DNA of 64,000 nt from the human T2T-CHM13v2.0 reference genome, Homo sapiens, in NCBI RefSeq assembly GCF_009914755.1, contig NC_060942.1. One strand, written 5' to 3'. Of the stretch, positions 1 through 13,183 are shown one piece after another (within the stretch, counting starts at the first letter, position 1; each line of letters starts with the position of its first letter). A model generated the notes under the pieces. That model saw only the letters and a list, made by a program, of their open reading frames with translations, ran no database searches and was not told the DNA's origin. Made by a program: the position numbers and the translations under genes.

Positions 1-750
1 CAGACAAAAATGTTAGGTCTATTGAACTCTCCTGAGTGGCAGACGGAATGGGATGGCCCAAATCCGAAAGAACATCTGGAATCTCATCTTTCATCTTCTC
101 CAACAGAAATGGACACCAGACTGGCTTTTGCCAAGAATATCACAGCCCTGGCATGATTTTTTAAGATCTATACATTTATGGTAAATTTCTTCAAAACCAA
201 ATATTACAGAATTAACGAGGCTGGGGCTGGGCTCTGGGGAGGGGAGGTCCAAATAGAGCTGCTGGGAGCAACCCTGGGACCCCCTCTGGAGTCTCCTGTT
301 CTGTGGGGGAGACCCTGACTCTCAGGACGCAGCAGTGGGCGGAGTGCGGTGGGTGACAGGGACATGGCCCGTGGGTGTCGGAGCCACTATCAAGACGGCT
401 GAGGTGGGAGATCCCTGGGAGACTTGGCCCTGGGCCACTGGCAGAGGGCAGAGGGGTGTCTGTGTCTGAGGTCAGGCAGCCTCTGCCAAGGCACCTGTGC
501 TGAGAAGCCACTGGTCCCTGGAAGCCACCTCCCTTCAGACATAGATGGCCCTTTTTGTCTTGACTGCTAGGAAGCTGAGTGTTCAAAGGTTACCACTCTC
601 TGAATCCCACGACACCTGCCCTCCGCCATCATCTTATCCCTGTGGAGTTGTCTGTTCTTGATTGAGAACAACCTCAAATCCCTTTTGGAAACAAATGGGC
701 AGTAAATGAATGTGTGGTGGGAGCTCAGGCCCCCAGCTGGCTAGGAGACT

Positions 751-1123
751 CTTCCCCCACCCACAGGGGGTCCCTCCACACAGCTCCCAGACCCCCACCT
801 CTCTCAGACCTTTCCCCCACCCGCAGGGTGTCCCTCCACACAGCTCCCAGACCCCCACCTCTCTCACATCCTTCCCCCACCCACAGGGGGTCCCTCCACA
901 CAGCTCCCAGACCCCCACCTCTCTCAGACCTTTCCCCCACCCGCAGGGTGTCCCTCCACACAGCTCCCAGACCCCCACCTCTCTCAGACCCTTCCCCCAC
1001 CCGCAGGGGGTCCCTCCACACAGCTCCCAGACCCCCCACCTCCCTTCTCAGACCCTTCCTCTGCACACAGGGGGTCCCTCCACACAGCTCCCAGATCCCC
1101 CACCTCTCTTCTCAGACCCTTCT
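751..1123. repeat. 60-bp C-rich minisatellite, ~6 copies
   Basis: Unit cttcccccacccacagggggtccctccacacagctcccagacccccacctctctcagacc recurs in register on successive 60-nt lines; last copies degenerate. Confidence 0.95.
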
Positions 1124-1143
1124 CCGAGAAATGTCTTTGAATA

Positions 1144-1903
1144 TCAGGACTAAGCTCTAATTTTTTATCTTGCCCCAATTCCTATCTAAGGGGTCTAGGG
1201 AGTCATACCCTTCAACCATAAATTCTCATCAGATGGGTCTTATTTGACCGTATATATATCGTGACTTACTTTCCAGTCTGACTCTGGCATAACATTATAA
1301 GACAATAAAAAAATCAAAATATTTCATCCCAAAATATATTTCCTTGCCAGACCTTGAAATTGCCCTGCAAAGTCTCTTGTGGGAAAAATCCACATTCTAT
1401 AGCGAATCCCCTTCCCCTTTGTTTTCCTTCCTTCCTTTGCAGATCCAGGAGATAATTAGCTAAGAGCCAGGCACCTTTTAGGTCTGATAAGAAACATTTC
1501 ACAATCTGCTCCCTCTGAAGTCTGCTATCTGAGAGCTTCCTCTGCACAATAAGACTTGGTCTCCACAGTCCTTTATCTCAACCTCGCATTTCCTCTCTGT
1601 TGATCCCAGGTCTTCTTAAACTCAACCAACTGTCAACCAGAAAATGTTTGAATTCACCGATAACCTGGAAGGCCCCGCTCTGAGTTGTCCCGCCTTTCTG
1701 AACCCAACCAATGTATTTCTTCAATGTATTTGACTGATGTCTCGTGACTCCCTAAAATATATAAAACCAAGCTGTACCCCGACCACCTTAGGCACATGTT
1801 CTCAGGACCTCCTGAGGGCTGTGTCACAGGCCAAGGTCACTCATATTCAGCTCAGAATAAATCTCTAAAAATATTTCAAGGAGTCTGACTCTTTTCGTCA
1901 ACA
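1144..1903 (+). mobile_element. ERV1 solo LTR, MER4E-like
   Basis: Starts tcaggactaagctctaattttttatcttgcccc; has TATA (tatataaaa), AATAAA and the MER4-family end gactcttttcgtcaaca; flanks aata/aatg resemble a 4-bp TSD. Confidence 0.85.
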
Positions 1904-1945
1904 AATGTACAAAGCAGTTGAAACACAGTATCAAAACAGTTATGA

Positions 1946-2627
<682 letters not shown>

Positions 2628-2961
2628 TAAGAGCAGCGTCCCTCGGTGGTTCCAGTGAACTCCATCATTCCACGTAGGGACGGGCAGACAGTGTTGTTAG
2701 TGATTTGCAACAGCTGCAGTGTACAAGAAACCACAACTTCTAGGGCAGGGGATTTAGCTCGCAGCATGAAGAAATGTCAGCTTCTTTCCTGTCTCCATGT
2801 TCTCCTGCTTTGACCCCAATCCTGCCTGGGCCCTTCAGTGGGTCCCAGCTCCCAGATGGGTCTGGGAGAGACCCCGCCCCTGCCCTGGCCCTGATCCCTG
2901 ACCCAGGAGCCTTGCCGCTCATTCAGGCTGCAGGCCGAGCCAGGTACCTTCCAGCTACCCT

Positions 2962-3642
2962 CGACTATTCTGAAATACACATTTGGCCTTCCTCCCTATT
3001 TCCTGGCATACAACTCCTAAAGTCCCTGGGGTCTCATAAGTGATGTCTGTTTGTCTGCTAAGGAGATGACAGTGCTTGGCTACTCAAGCTGATCCCCAGC
3101 AGGACTGTCAGGGGGCTTCCGGATAATGGACTCTGGAGGTTCCTGGAGGGCGAGTGCCCAGGGAGGGCCTGGGAACTCCGGCCCCTTCCCCACACCTCGC
3201 CCCATGCGCCTCTCCATCTGTATCCTTTGCAATACCATCTATAATAAACCTGGTACACGTAAGTGCGTGTCCCTGAGTTCCGCAGCTGCTCTAGAGAATT
3301 AATCGAACCCAACCGGGGAAGGGGTGGGGGGGGTGGGGGCGTGTCATAGGAACCCAGCCTGTGGGCCAGAAGTTCCGAAGGCTCAGACTTATACCGCTGG
3401 TGTCTGAAGTGGGTGTGGGTATGGGGAAGAGTCTTGGGGACTGAGCCCATAGCCTGTGGTATCAGACACTGTCTCCTGGGGAAAGAGTCAGAATGAATTG
3501 AACGCAGTTGGAGGGTTCCTGCTGGTGTCTGTGCAGAACCGACTGTTTGCTTGGCGTGTGGGAAAAACCCCACACGTCTGGTCATGGAGTCTCTGTTGAT
3601 TGTTGTGGGTAAGAGCAGAGAAAAGTCTGTTTCTTCTACTCA
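2962..3642 (+). mobile_element. LTR, MER21-like (internally deleted)
   Basis: ttctgaaatacacatttggccttc...cctggcatacaactcctaaa, ggaggttcctggaggg, ataataaacctggta, gggaaaaaccccacacgtctggtca match recalled MER21 consensus. Confidence 0.75.
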
Positions 3643-3871
3643 GGACCCCCAGGGCCACAGCCCCTCCCCGCTGAGATCCTGCCAGGCGGGAGTATCCGCA
3701 GGAGCCTGTGTAGCCCCATCTCCACCCCTGCCCGTAGCCACAGAGCGAAATACAAGCAGTTGCTTTTGGTCCTGCAATTCCAAAGCCCCTTCCCCAGGCA
3801 GGAGACCTGGAGGCCTGGCCACCTTCCTGCAGTGCCGCCCTCCGCCCCCGCCCTGAGAGGGACTGCGGCGT

Positions 3872-3973
3872 TCTTGCTGGCGGGGTCTTGGGTCACTGGC
3901 ACGGACGCCCCTCCCAGGCCTGCGCTCTTGCTGGCGGGGTCTTGGGTCACCGGCGTGGATGCCCCTCCCAGGC
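3872..3973. repeat. 54-bp tandem duplication (2 copies)
   Basis: tcttgctggcggggtcttgggtcac..gcccctcccaggc at 3872 and 3926. Confidence 0.9.
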
Positions 3974-4439
3974 GGTGGGCTTTTCCAGGGCCTGCAGGGC
4001 TGGGTGGGTGCCTGTGAGGGCCCTGTGTCTGGAGCTCCACACGCGGCCGCAGTCCCAGCTCACTGGTTCAAGCAGAAGTTCTCCCACAGGCAGCGGCAGA
4101 GACTCCCTTCAGACCAGAACGTGGGCTGTTCACCCCGCAGGCCGTCCCCGCCTGGCACCTCCAGGATGGCGACCGCCCGGCTCCCTGAGGCTTTCCTGGG
4201 TTTTGCTCTGAAAGCCCCACACCCTGGAAACCCCTCAGTCCTGGGCAAATTGGCCGCCCTAAGGCCCAGCCTTCCTGAGATCCTCAGCCGGCCTCTGCCT
4301 CACAGCTTTGGAGAAGTTGCCTAGGGTCCCTTCGAGGAGCCGAAGGCCTGGCAGGATGAGTCCCCAGAGGGCAGCGTGAGGCCACCACACCCACCCAGGT
4401 GAGGTCCCAGGCTCCTCTGTGAGCTGCATCCCTGTAGCC

Positions 4440-4850
4440 TGTCCTGAGACCGTCCTGGCAAAGAACCACACACTGGGGACTTAAAGCAATGGCACGTCAC
4501 CCTCTCCCAGCTCTGGAGGCCCCAAGCCTGAAACTAAGGTGCCTCCGAAGGCTCCAGGGGAGGATCCTTCCTGCGTCTTCCAGTGTCCCCAGGCGTTCCG
4601 GGCTTGTGGCTGCGTCATTCTGCCCTCTGCCCCCTGGGCACGCAGCTGACTCCCCTGTATGGGCCCATCTCTCCGAATTCACATGACCGTCCTTCGGTAA
4701 AGACACCAGCACCAGTCCCTGACTCCGGGCCTTCCCTAACCCAGTGTGGCCTCATCTTAACTAAAGATGTCTGCATCGACCCTATTTCCAAAAAAGGTCC
4801 CATTTGAGCTTCCTGAAGGACACGAATTTGGGGTACTGCTCAGCCCAGTA
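4440..4850 (-). mobile_element. MaLR LTR, MLT1-like
   Basis: cagctctggaggcccaagcctgaaa, ggggaggatccttcctgc, cctcatcttaact, ccctatttccaaa are characteristic of reverse-orientation MLT1. Confidence 0.7.
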
Positions 4851-5120
4851 CTCCAGTTTCTGCAACAGACAGCAGAGCCCCCACCGTGTCTCTGTGGCCA
4901 GGACAGTGCCCCTCACCAGCTGGACTCTGAGGTCCTGGGACCCCCAGGGGAACCTGGGCCGTGGGTCTTTCAGCTGTGAGTGTTCTTTATGGACACCGTC
5001 TGCCGAGGGCAACTCTGACCCCCAAACTCTCAGCAGCCAAATGTCCCTGGGACACCCCCACCTGTGCTGAACAGCGCTTCCCAGGGGGACCACAGGCCTC
5101 AGGGCACACTGCTGATAGAT

Positions 5121-5354
5121 GCGCACACACACGTGTGCACACACATGCACACATACACACGCATGCACACACAAATGCACACATACACACGTGTGCGCGC
5201 ACACAGGCACACATACACACGTGTGCACGCACACATGCACACACATACACGTGTGCACGCACACATGCACACACATACACGTGTGCACGCGCAAATGCAC
5301 ACATACACACGTGTGCGCACACACATGCACACACATACACACGTGTGCACACAC
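5121..5354. repeat. 30-bp (CA)-rich minisatellite, ~8 copies
   Basis: Unit acacgtgtgcacgcacacatgcacacacat; alternating purine/pyrimidine with a CACGTG palindrome in most units. Confidence 0.92.
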
Positions 5355-5914
5355 AAACCCTGCTTCAGAGCTCAGCCCTGGAGGAGCGTCACGCTCGCCC
5401 AGCCTCCTCACATTTCTGTACTTCTTCAGTCAGTTACAAGAGTATGGATTCTTGGACGCTTACTTTATGTCTTTGTAACCCAACACTACTTTATTTCTTG
5501 AGGGTGTAGCATCCAACCAAATTCTCCGGAGTTCTTCTGTAAGGGGACTCTGTCTCTTCTCCCCTAAACTTACTATTTAGCATAATGATTCTTAAGCTTT
5601 AGAGAAAGCCATTGTTTAGTATTTGTTGGCAGCGTGAACATAGTTTATCATCTTTTCCATCAGAAAATGCAGCACAGCACAGCTGTCCTCTGTCTCCACC
5701 TGTGTGCCCAGAGCCAGGGATGCCCCTCCTCGCCCTCCTGCGCAGCAAAGCTTCCCTCTGCCTCCCTCAGGGCTCCTTCTCTGCATTTGCCCGTGGCCCG
5801 GAGCCCACCCTGCTCTGCTCATCCAGCACCTGGACCCCTCGCCGGCTCCCGAGCTCGTGCCTTGGCTTCCCCACTGGGTCTGCGCTCCTCTGTGTGCTGG
5901 GGCTCCCACACCCA

Positions 5915-6605
5915 GTCTGCGTTCCCCGCCAGGTCTACGTTCCCCGCCAGGTCTGCGTTCCCTGCCAGGTCTACGTTCCCTGCCAGGTCTGCACTCCTCA
6001 CCTGGTCTGCCTTCCTCACCTGGTCTCTGCTCCTCACCTGGTCTCTGCTCCTCACCTGGTCTGCGCTCCTCACCTGTTCTCTGCTCCTCACCTGGTCTCT
6101 GCTCCTCGCCTGGTCTGCGCTCCTCACCTGGTCTGCGCTCCTCACGTGGTCTGCGTTCCTCACCTGGTCTGCGCTCCTCACCTGGTCTGCGCTCCTCACC
6201 TGGTCTGCGCTCCTCACCTCACCTGGTCTCTGCTCCTCACCTGGTCTCTGCTCCTCGCCTGGTCTCTGCTCCTCACGTGGTCTGCGTTCCTCACCTGGTC
6301 TGCGCTCCTCACGTGGTCTGCGTTCCTCACCTGGTCTGCGCTCCTCACCTCACCTGGTCTCTGCTCCTCACCTGGTCTCTGCTCCTCACCTGGTCTCTGC
6401 TCCTCACCTGGTCTCTGCTCCTCGCCTGGTCTCTGCTCCTCGCCTGGTCTGCGCTCCTCACCTGGTCTGCGCTCCTCACCTGTTCTCTGCTCCTCACCTG
6501 GTCTGTGCTCCCCACCTGGTCTCTGCTCCTCACCTGGTCTGTGCTCCTCACCTGGTCTGCGCTCCTCACCTGGTCTCTGCTCCTCACCTGGTCTCTGCTC
6601 CTCTG
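5915..6605. repeat. 18-bp minisatellite, ~38 copies
   Basis: Units cctcacctggtctgcgct / cctcacctggtctctgct, preceded by ~4 divergent units (gttccccgccaggtctac). Confidence 0.95.
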
Positions 6606-9370
6606 CTCTGTGTCGCCTCTGGCCCTGCTGTCACCACTGCTCCCAACCTCCTCCACATCCCAGTTCTCCAGGACTGCAGTCCATGTGCGAAAATGCACAG
6701 ACCCAGGACACTCGTGGAGACTGCGAAATGGTGAAAGGGTGTGGGGCAGGGAAACAACTCTGGCCAGGGCCAGCCCGGCTCCCCACGGCCCTGGCAGCTC
6801 CTCACACGTCCAGCTGCACAAGGCACTGAGATTGCACACGGAGGAGCCTCAATGGCCTGCGGGATTCATGGCTGCTGGCCAGAGACACGACCCTCCAGGG
6901 TGGTTTTCACAGCAATGGTGGTTTTGAGGATTGGAGCCAGGCCCGGGACCTGCACACACACAGGGAGCCCTGGCAGGGAGACCCCAGATCCCAGGCGGAG
7001 GGAGCCACTGCCCCGGCCCAGGCGAGGCACCGTCTCTGCCTCCTGCAGATGTCTTTGAAAAGATCATCTGGACATGCCACAAGAGGCCGTGGAGTGCTGT
7101 CCCCGACAACCCGCCCTCAGAGTCCCCGCGTGTGAAACGCCAAGAGGGTTCCATGAGGTGAGGAAGGAAGACGGCGCCGCGGGGGGTGCCCGGCGTTCAC
7201 AGCGCTCACAGGAGCCTGCCCAGCCCTTCCGCCAGGCCTGGGGCGGCCGAGCACAGACCACACATGCTCTGCCTCTTGCCCCACAGCCTGTGGAGACACA
7301 ACAGCAGCCACGCGGCAGGCAGGGCCTCCAGCTAACTCTTGTGCACACACTAATGCACACCAGCAACACGCCAGGGGCCTCAAGGGCCAGGGCACAGGGA
7401 GGGACCTCTGCTCCTGGGACAGCAGCCCTGTGGGGGGATCCAAGGCCTGAGCCCCGGTGAGCAGCTCCATCAGGGCCCGAAGGCCCCGTCTCCATGGGGC
7501 CAGAGGGACGGAGGCTGATCACTCGAGCCAGGCACTTCCCACAATCTTCCTGTCCCTGCCCTCAGTACCCCTGAGGAGCGTGGCCCCCTCCTCACTGTGG
7601 GTCCAGGCCCAGAGAGGAGGGCGCTGGGGCTGCTGGGCCTTTTGGGGCAGGCCACGGGCACCCTCAGCTCCGCAGAGACTCCTGAGAGCCAGGGAGATGC
7701 CTTAGAAAGGAAGCTCCAAGTCTTCTTGCTGGAAGCTTTCAGCACCGAGTGCAGATGCCAGCCCCAGTCCTTGGCCCACGGACCAGGGCACAGGAGTCTG
7801 AAGCCACTCACAACATCCCCTCCTCCAGGGCTTAAAACGCAGCCGGGGCTCACGCCCTCTTGGGGGCTTCCGCGTGGCCTGTACCTGTGAGGATGCCGGC
7901 AGGCTTGGCGCACGGGTGGCTCCGGGGTCAACTCCACGGGCGCTGCCCCCACCCTCGCTCCCGCAGTGCCTGAGCCCCACTGCCCTCCCCACTGCTGGTG
8001 TGCGTGCACCTCAGGCCCCTCCGGGAGCTGCACAGAGTTCACGCCGGGTCAATCCACCATCCACTGCATGGAGAGGCCAGCGGCCTGGGGCAGCTGTGCT
8101 GGGTAAGGCAGCGAAACCCTTAATCTAATGATGTTTTTCTCCAACTGCAACCCTTGCACGCTAGGAGCCACTCTCTCTTAATTAAGCTCAGCTCCCACAT
8201 GCTTTTAACCATGCAACTTTAAAAGAAACATGTATCTTTCCAAATTAACTTTGTGTCTAAGAATAATAAGAGAGCAAGAGTTGTACTAATTAACTTACAG
8301 TCGGCTACAGAACTCATTTGCCAGTGCCGTGTAGGCTTCAAGGGGAGCCGACATTTATTCAGTACAGAGGACATTCCAGGGCACTGGTCCCACCTGGGCA
8401 TCACCCCTTGTTTCCACAGAGCCCCGAGGGTCTCAGAGGCAGGAGCCCGGGGACAGTGCGGAGCTGGGACTAGGATCAAGTGTGTCTCCCTTCCGAGCCC
8501 ATTCCATATTCCAGAAGGATCCAGAGCCTTCCCTCCCACATGCCAGCTCACGGCATTGGCTACAGTAATAGTCAGTCTGCCTAGAGTGTGTGCTTTTGAT
8601 TGAAAAAGCCAGGAGAAAATCTTTTTCAAAGAGTGGAATGTTCGAAGAATGGAAATCTGTGAAAATCAGTCGTGTGATTTCTCAGGGCTCATTTCCATGA
8701 GCCGCAGTTACATTCTCGACTGTGGCCAAGGACGCTGCCTGCCCAGCCTTCGCAGGGTGAGGCACAGGTACACGCGGTTTCCGGGACCTGGCCACGGGCC
8801 ACTCTCCAGGACTGACTGCAAGGACCTTCACCTCCGAGGAGCCAGGAGAGACGGAGACACCCAATCTGAGATGTTCTGACAGCTGCTTCACAGGCTGAGC
8901 TGCGGGAGGATGGCAGCGCCCTTCCTCCACGCTGAGCTCCGGAGCTTGGAAGCTGAGGCCACCAGCTCCGTCCCGGCCAAGCTCTGAGCATCACAAGCTC
9001 AGAAGGAACAAACTGCAGAGTCCATGCTGGACACAGAGCGCAGGGAGAGACCCCTTGTCCCTCACCCATGGCACGGAGCATGTGATGGCAGATGCCTCTG
9101 CTCCAAGACAAAATGGGCAATGCCTTTGCAACTGACCAAGCAAACGCAGACACCAGAACTGCTTTCTAAAATTCCAGGGCTGTAAATCTCACATGCCCCA
9201 AGCAGGCAGAAAAACAGAAGAACGCTCTTACGGAGCGAGTGTACCCAGGGGTTTCCTGGACTTGGAGGGGGCTGAGCCTGGGAGGAGGAGGGGCTGCGTG
9301 TGTGGGCAAAGTTGGCGGAGCTGGTTGCTGCATGGCTGAGGGAAGGGGCTGAGAGGCCGTCAAGGCTCAC

Positions 9371-9523
9371 CTGGACGTTCAGTGGCTTCCCAGTGCTTCC
9401 CCTCCAGCCTGCAGCCGCCTGCACCAACAGCTGGGCCCAGGTGGGATTTTCCAGCACGGGAGGGGCGAGGCAGCTTCCCCAGGCCGAGAGGCTGAGGAGA
9501 GCAGCACCCAGCAGCAGGTGGAC
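9371..9523 (-). other. Candidate internal exon (153 nt), transcript unknown
   Basis: Minus-strand acceptor tgtgttcccacctcag|G and strong donor CAG|GTGAGC; length divisible by 3; no recognised homolog. Confidence 0.35.
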
Positions 9524-9977
9524 CTGAGGTGGGAACACAGCTCAAAGGAAATGGCAGCAGCCAGTGTCTGTGAGGGGACTGGCCACGTGGGCCCAGCTTT
9601 GGGGCTCAGGGAGGCCCCAAGACTCCCCACAGAGTGAAGCTGGGCCAGGTCAGATGCAGAGCCACAGCCCCGGACACACGACAGAGATACGGATGCAGAG
9701 ACACACGCCCTACACAGCCCCCAGAGCAGTGACCTCGGCATTGGTGACTGCAAAGCAGGGGCCAGTGCGCTCCAAGTGATGCCATGTCATTGAAAATCCT
9801 CACATTCTGTAGAACACGAGGCCTTTGCTGTGGTTTATGGCCAGTTCTAGAGATGCCTAGGCTCTTGCCACTGGTGTCCCCAGAAAAGGGGGGACTCATA
9901 GAAGAGAAGGGGCCCCTGTGATGAACAACTGGGCCCTTCCCCCCCAGCCCAGGGTAAACGGCCCCTCCGTAAGCCCC

Positions 9978-10068
9978 AGGAAGACGGGACCCCACATGCT
10001 CCAGGAAGACAGGACCCCACATGCCCCGGGAAGACAGGACCTCATGTGCTCCAGGAAGATGGGACCCC
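9978..10068. repeat. 25-bp tandem repeat, ~3.5 copies
   Basis: ggaagac(g/a)ggaccccacatgctcca repeated. Confidence 0.8.
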
Positions 10069-10384
10069 TTGTGCCCCACCGTGACCACAGGACACCGTGC
10101 ACTCTCAGGCGCGCCATCCTCCCTGACTGACCGAGCTCCCCCAAGGCCGTCATCACCTCCTGGGTAAGGGCTTTGCCTGGGTGAGTGGAAAGTGACCGCG
10201 AAGGACTTGCTCCGGGCTGGGCTGGGGCCTGTCTCAGCACAGTGGCCAGGCTGGTGGCCTTGGCTGGTCAACGTGCCTCCCAATTGGTGTCCCTGCTGCA
10301 TCTGCTGCTAGATGTGGGTCAGGACCCCAGAGCATAGGGCTGAGCTCGGGGCCTGCTCCAGCAAGTGCCTTTCTTCGTGGTAAA

Positions 10385-10630
10385 GCCCCCGCCACTGAGC
10401 CACCCCAGGCAGGCTGAGCCCCCGCCACTGAGCCACCCCAGGGCAGGCTGAGCCCCCGCCTCTGAGCCACCCCAGGCAGGCTGAGCCCCCGCCTCTGAGC
10501 CACCCCAGGCAGGCTGAGCCCCCGCCTCTGAGCCACCCCAGGCAGGCTGAGCCCCCGCCTCTGAGCCACCCCAGGCAGGCTGAGCCCCCGCCTCTGAGCC
10601 ACCCCAGGACAGGCTAAGCCCCGGCCTCTG
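10385..10630. repeat. 33-bp GC-rich minisatellite, ~7 copies
   Basis: Unit ctgagcccccgcctctgagccaccccaggcagg; gives the 11-aa periodic ORFs in the track. Confidence 0.95.
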
Positions 10631-12006
10631 CTGCTCTCTGGACCCCGGCATCTGAGAGCAGAGGGTGGGGCCATACTCAGACCCCGGGCCTGGCCGTCCT
10701 TCCTCCCAAATCTAACCCTAGCCCTGAGCCACACCCCAGGTGTCCAGCTCTCTGGGTCAGGCTCCCTGAGCTGGCACCCTCCAGAATGTGCCTCCCTTCA
10801 GATCTCAGGCCAGCAGGAGGGCGAAGGACAGCACCGCCCCACCTTTTATCTGGGAGCTTGGCCAGGCAGGGGCTGGCCCAAGCAGCAAGAGCCTCCTCCT
10901 CCTCACCGCACCGTGGCTCGGAGGAGTTGCATCTTTTTGCCTCGGGAGCCTGGCGCATCGGAGCTTCCCTGCACTCATCCACGCGGGATGGTCACCTCCA
11001 CTCCGGAATGGGCGTGAGTCGGGCAAAGGGCTCGGTTGGCTGTGCATATAAACTGGGCATGTGCTCTTGGAAATAAATTTATAAAATCCCCCGAGAAAGT
11101 AAAGTGGGGACAGCCGAGAGGGCCCCACACACCTCCTTATGGACACCCAAGGCTGAGGCAGCTCTGTTTCCAGCCCCTTCCTCACCGGACGCCAGGTTCA
11201 CCCCAGGCCGTGAGAACCCAGGCCTGAGGCAGCGCAGCCAAAGGCCCCGATCCGGCCCAGAGCCGTGCCCTGATTAGGCCCAAAGGAGAAGTCAGGATCA
11301 GGAAGAGCAGAAAACATCTGAGCAATGAGACACGTTGGGAATAAAGCTCCCGCCCACCGCATGATAACAGGCAGAGTGAGTCACACGGACTGTGGGAATC
11401 TGTGTAGACGGGTTTGGTTTGTTTTCTTTGCTATTGTGGGGGTGTTTGTCTCACCTAATAATTTTCATTGTGTGCTAATTAGCACAGTGGGTTGGCCTGC
11501 ATGGAAACTGCCCAGCCGGCCTTTTCTGTTTGTTATGCAAAGGTGTGAAGGGGCCCAGGACCTCCCAGGGTCAGGGGAGGAGCAAAATACCTCTTCCATG
11601 TGGGAAGCAGGCTGGCATGTCACGGCTGTGGCTACGACGCCGAGGAAGCAAACTGACACCGCTGCCCCCACGCCCCTGTGCCCTTCAGAGGGTGGCGCTG
11701 ACCCATCGCCGGAGGGGCCCACAGGCCCAGGGATGGGCACTTTCCCAAGAAAAGTTGGGGTCCCCTTTGGCAGCTCCCATGGGTGACCAGGAGCACGGCA
11801 GCATCTGCAGGACAATGGGAGTGGCCTGGCTGCCCTGACAGCCTTCTTCCTTTGTTCCCTCCCTGGATGGGCCGAAGGGGTCGCCCTGTCTGGTATCTGC
11901 TGGATGACCAAGTTCCCTGAGCTAGAGCATCAGGCTGGCCTTCCTCTCCTTAAATAGTCTTCAGGACGGACACACTCCAGCTGTCACGCCGAAAGTAATG
12001 GGCCCA

Positions 12007-12313
<307 letters not shown>

Positions 12314-12834
12314 AAGTAACTGCCCCAAAACTGTATTTGTCATGCAGGTTCCCAACCTCCAGAGGCACGTGACTTTAAAGACCATATCCTCACAAAATAG
12401 GATCAAGTAAAAGCTGCTCAGTGGTGAAGACGCGGAGCTGGACCAGCCCCGGTGCTGGGTGCAGCAGCCGCTGTGCAGGAGGCCGTGTCTGTCCTGTCCA
12501 AGAGAGTTGGAGTCAGAACCTCACCTGGAGCCCCACTCCTCCTAGAATAGAGGAACGGCCCAGGCCACACCCCAGCCGCACCAGTACAGCAGCTGCTTTG
12601 CAAAGTGGATGTCCGCAGGTGCTTCCAACGCATGTCAGAACTAAGCTGGAGCCCTGTCCACGCTCCTTCGTGCTCTGTCGGGAGGCTCCGCAGGAGCTGG
12701 CCGCTGGGTGGGACGCCAGAAGGTGGCTTCATCTTCCCCGCAGGCTGGGTATGCCCCTCACTGAGGGTCCCAGGGTTTTCTTCAAGCCTCTGTGTCAGAG
12801 CCAGTGGGCAACTGTGCTGGCTCTGCTCACCCTG

Positions 12835-13183
12835 CCCACGTGGGCACACATGGGCACACATGGGTACATGGGGGCACACCCGGCTACATGCGGGCACACT
12901 TGGGTACATGTGGGCAACCTGGGTATCTGCAGGCACACCCAGGTACATGCGGGCACACGTGGGTATCTGCAGGCACACGTGGGTACATGTGGGCACACCT
13001 AGGTACATGTGGGCACACTTGGGTACATGTGGGCAACCTGGGTATCTGCGGGCACACCCGGGTACATGTGGGCACACGCGGGTATCTGCAGGCACACGCG
13101 GGTACATGTGGGCACACCTGGGCACATGCAGGCACACCTGGGTACATGCGGGCATACTTGGGTACATGTGGGCACACATGGGC
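12835..13183. repeat. ~20-bp minisatellite, ~17 copies
   Basis: gggtacatgtgggcacacct and variant gggtatctgcaggcacacgc. Confidence 0.93.

Noticed and set aside
5612-6927. Three overlapping ~400-aa ORFs
   Set aside because: All three frames are open because of the stop-free 18-bp repeat.
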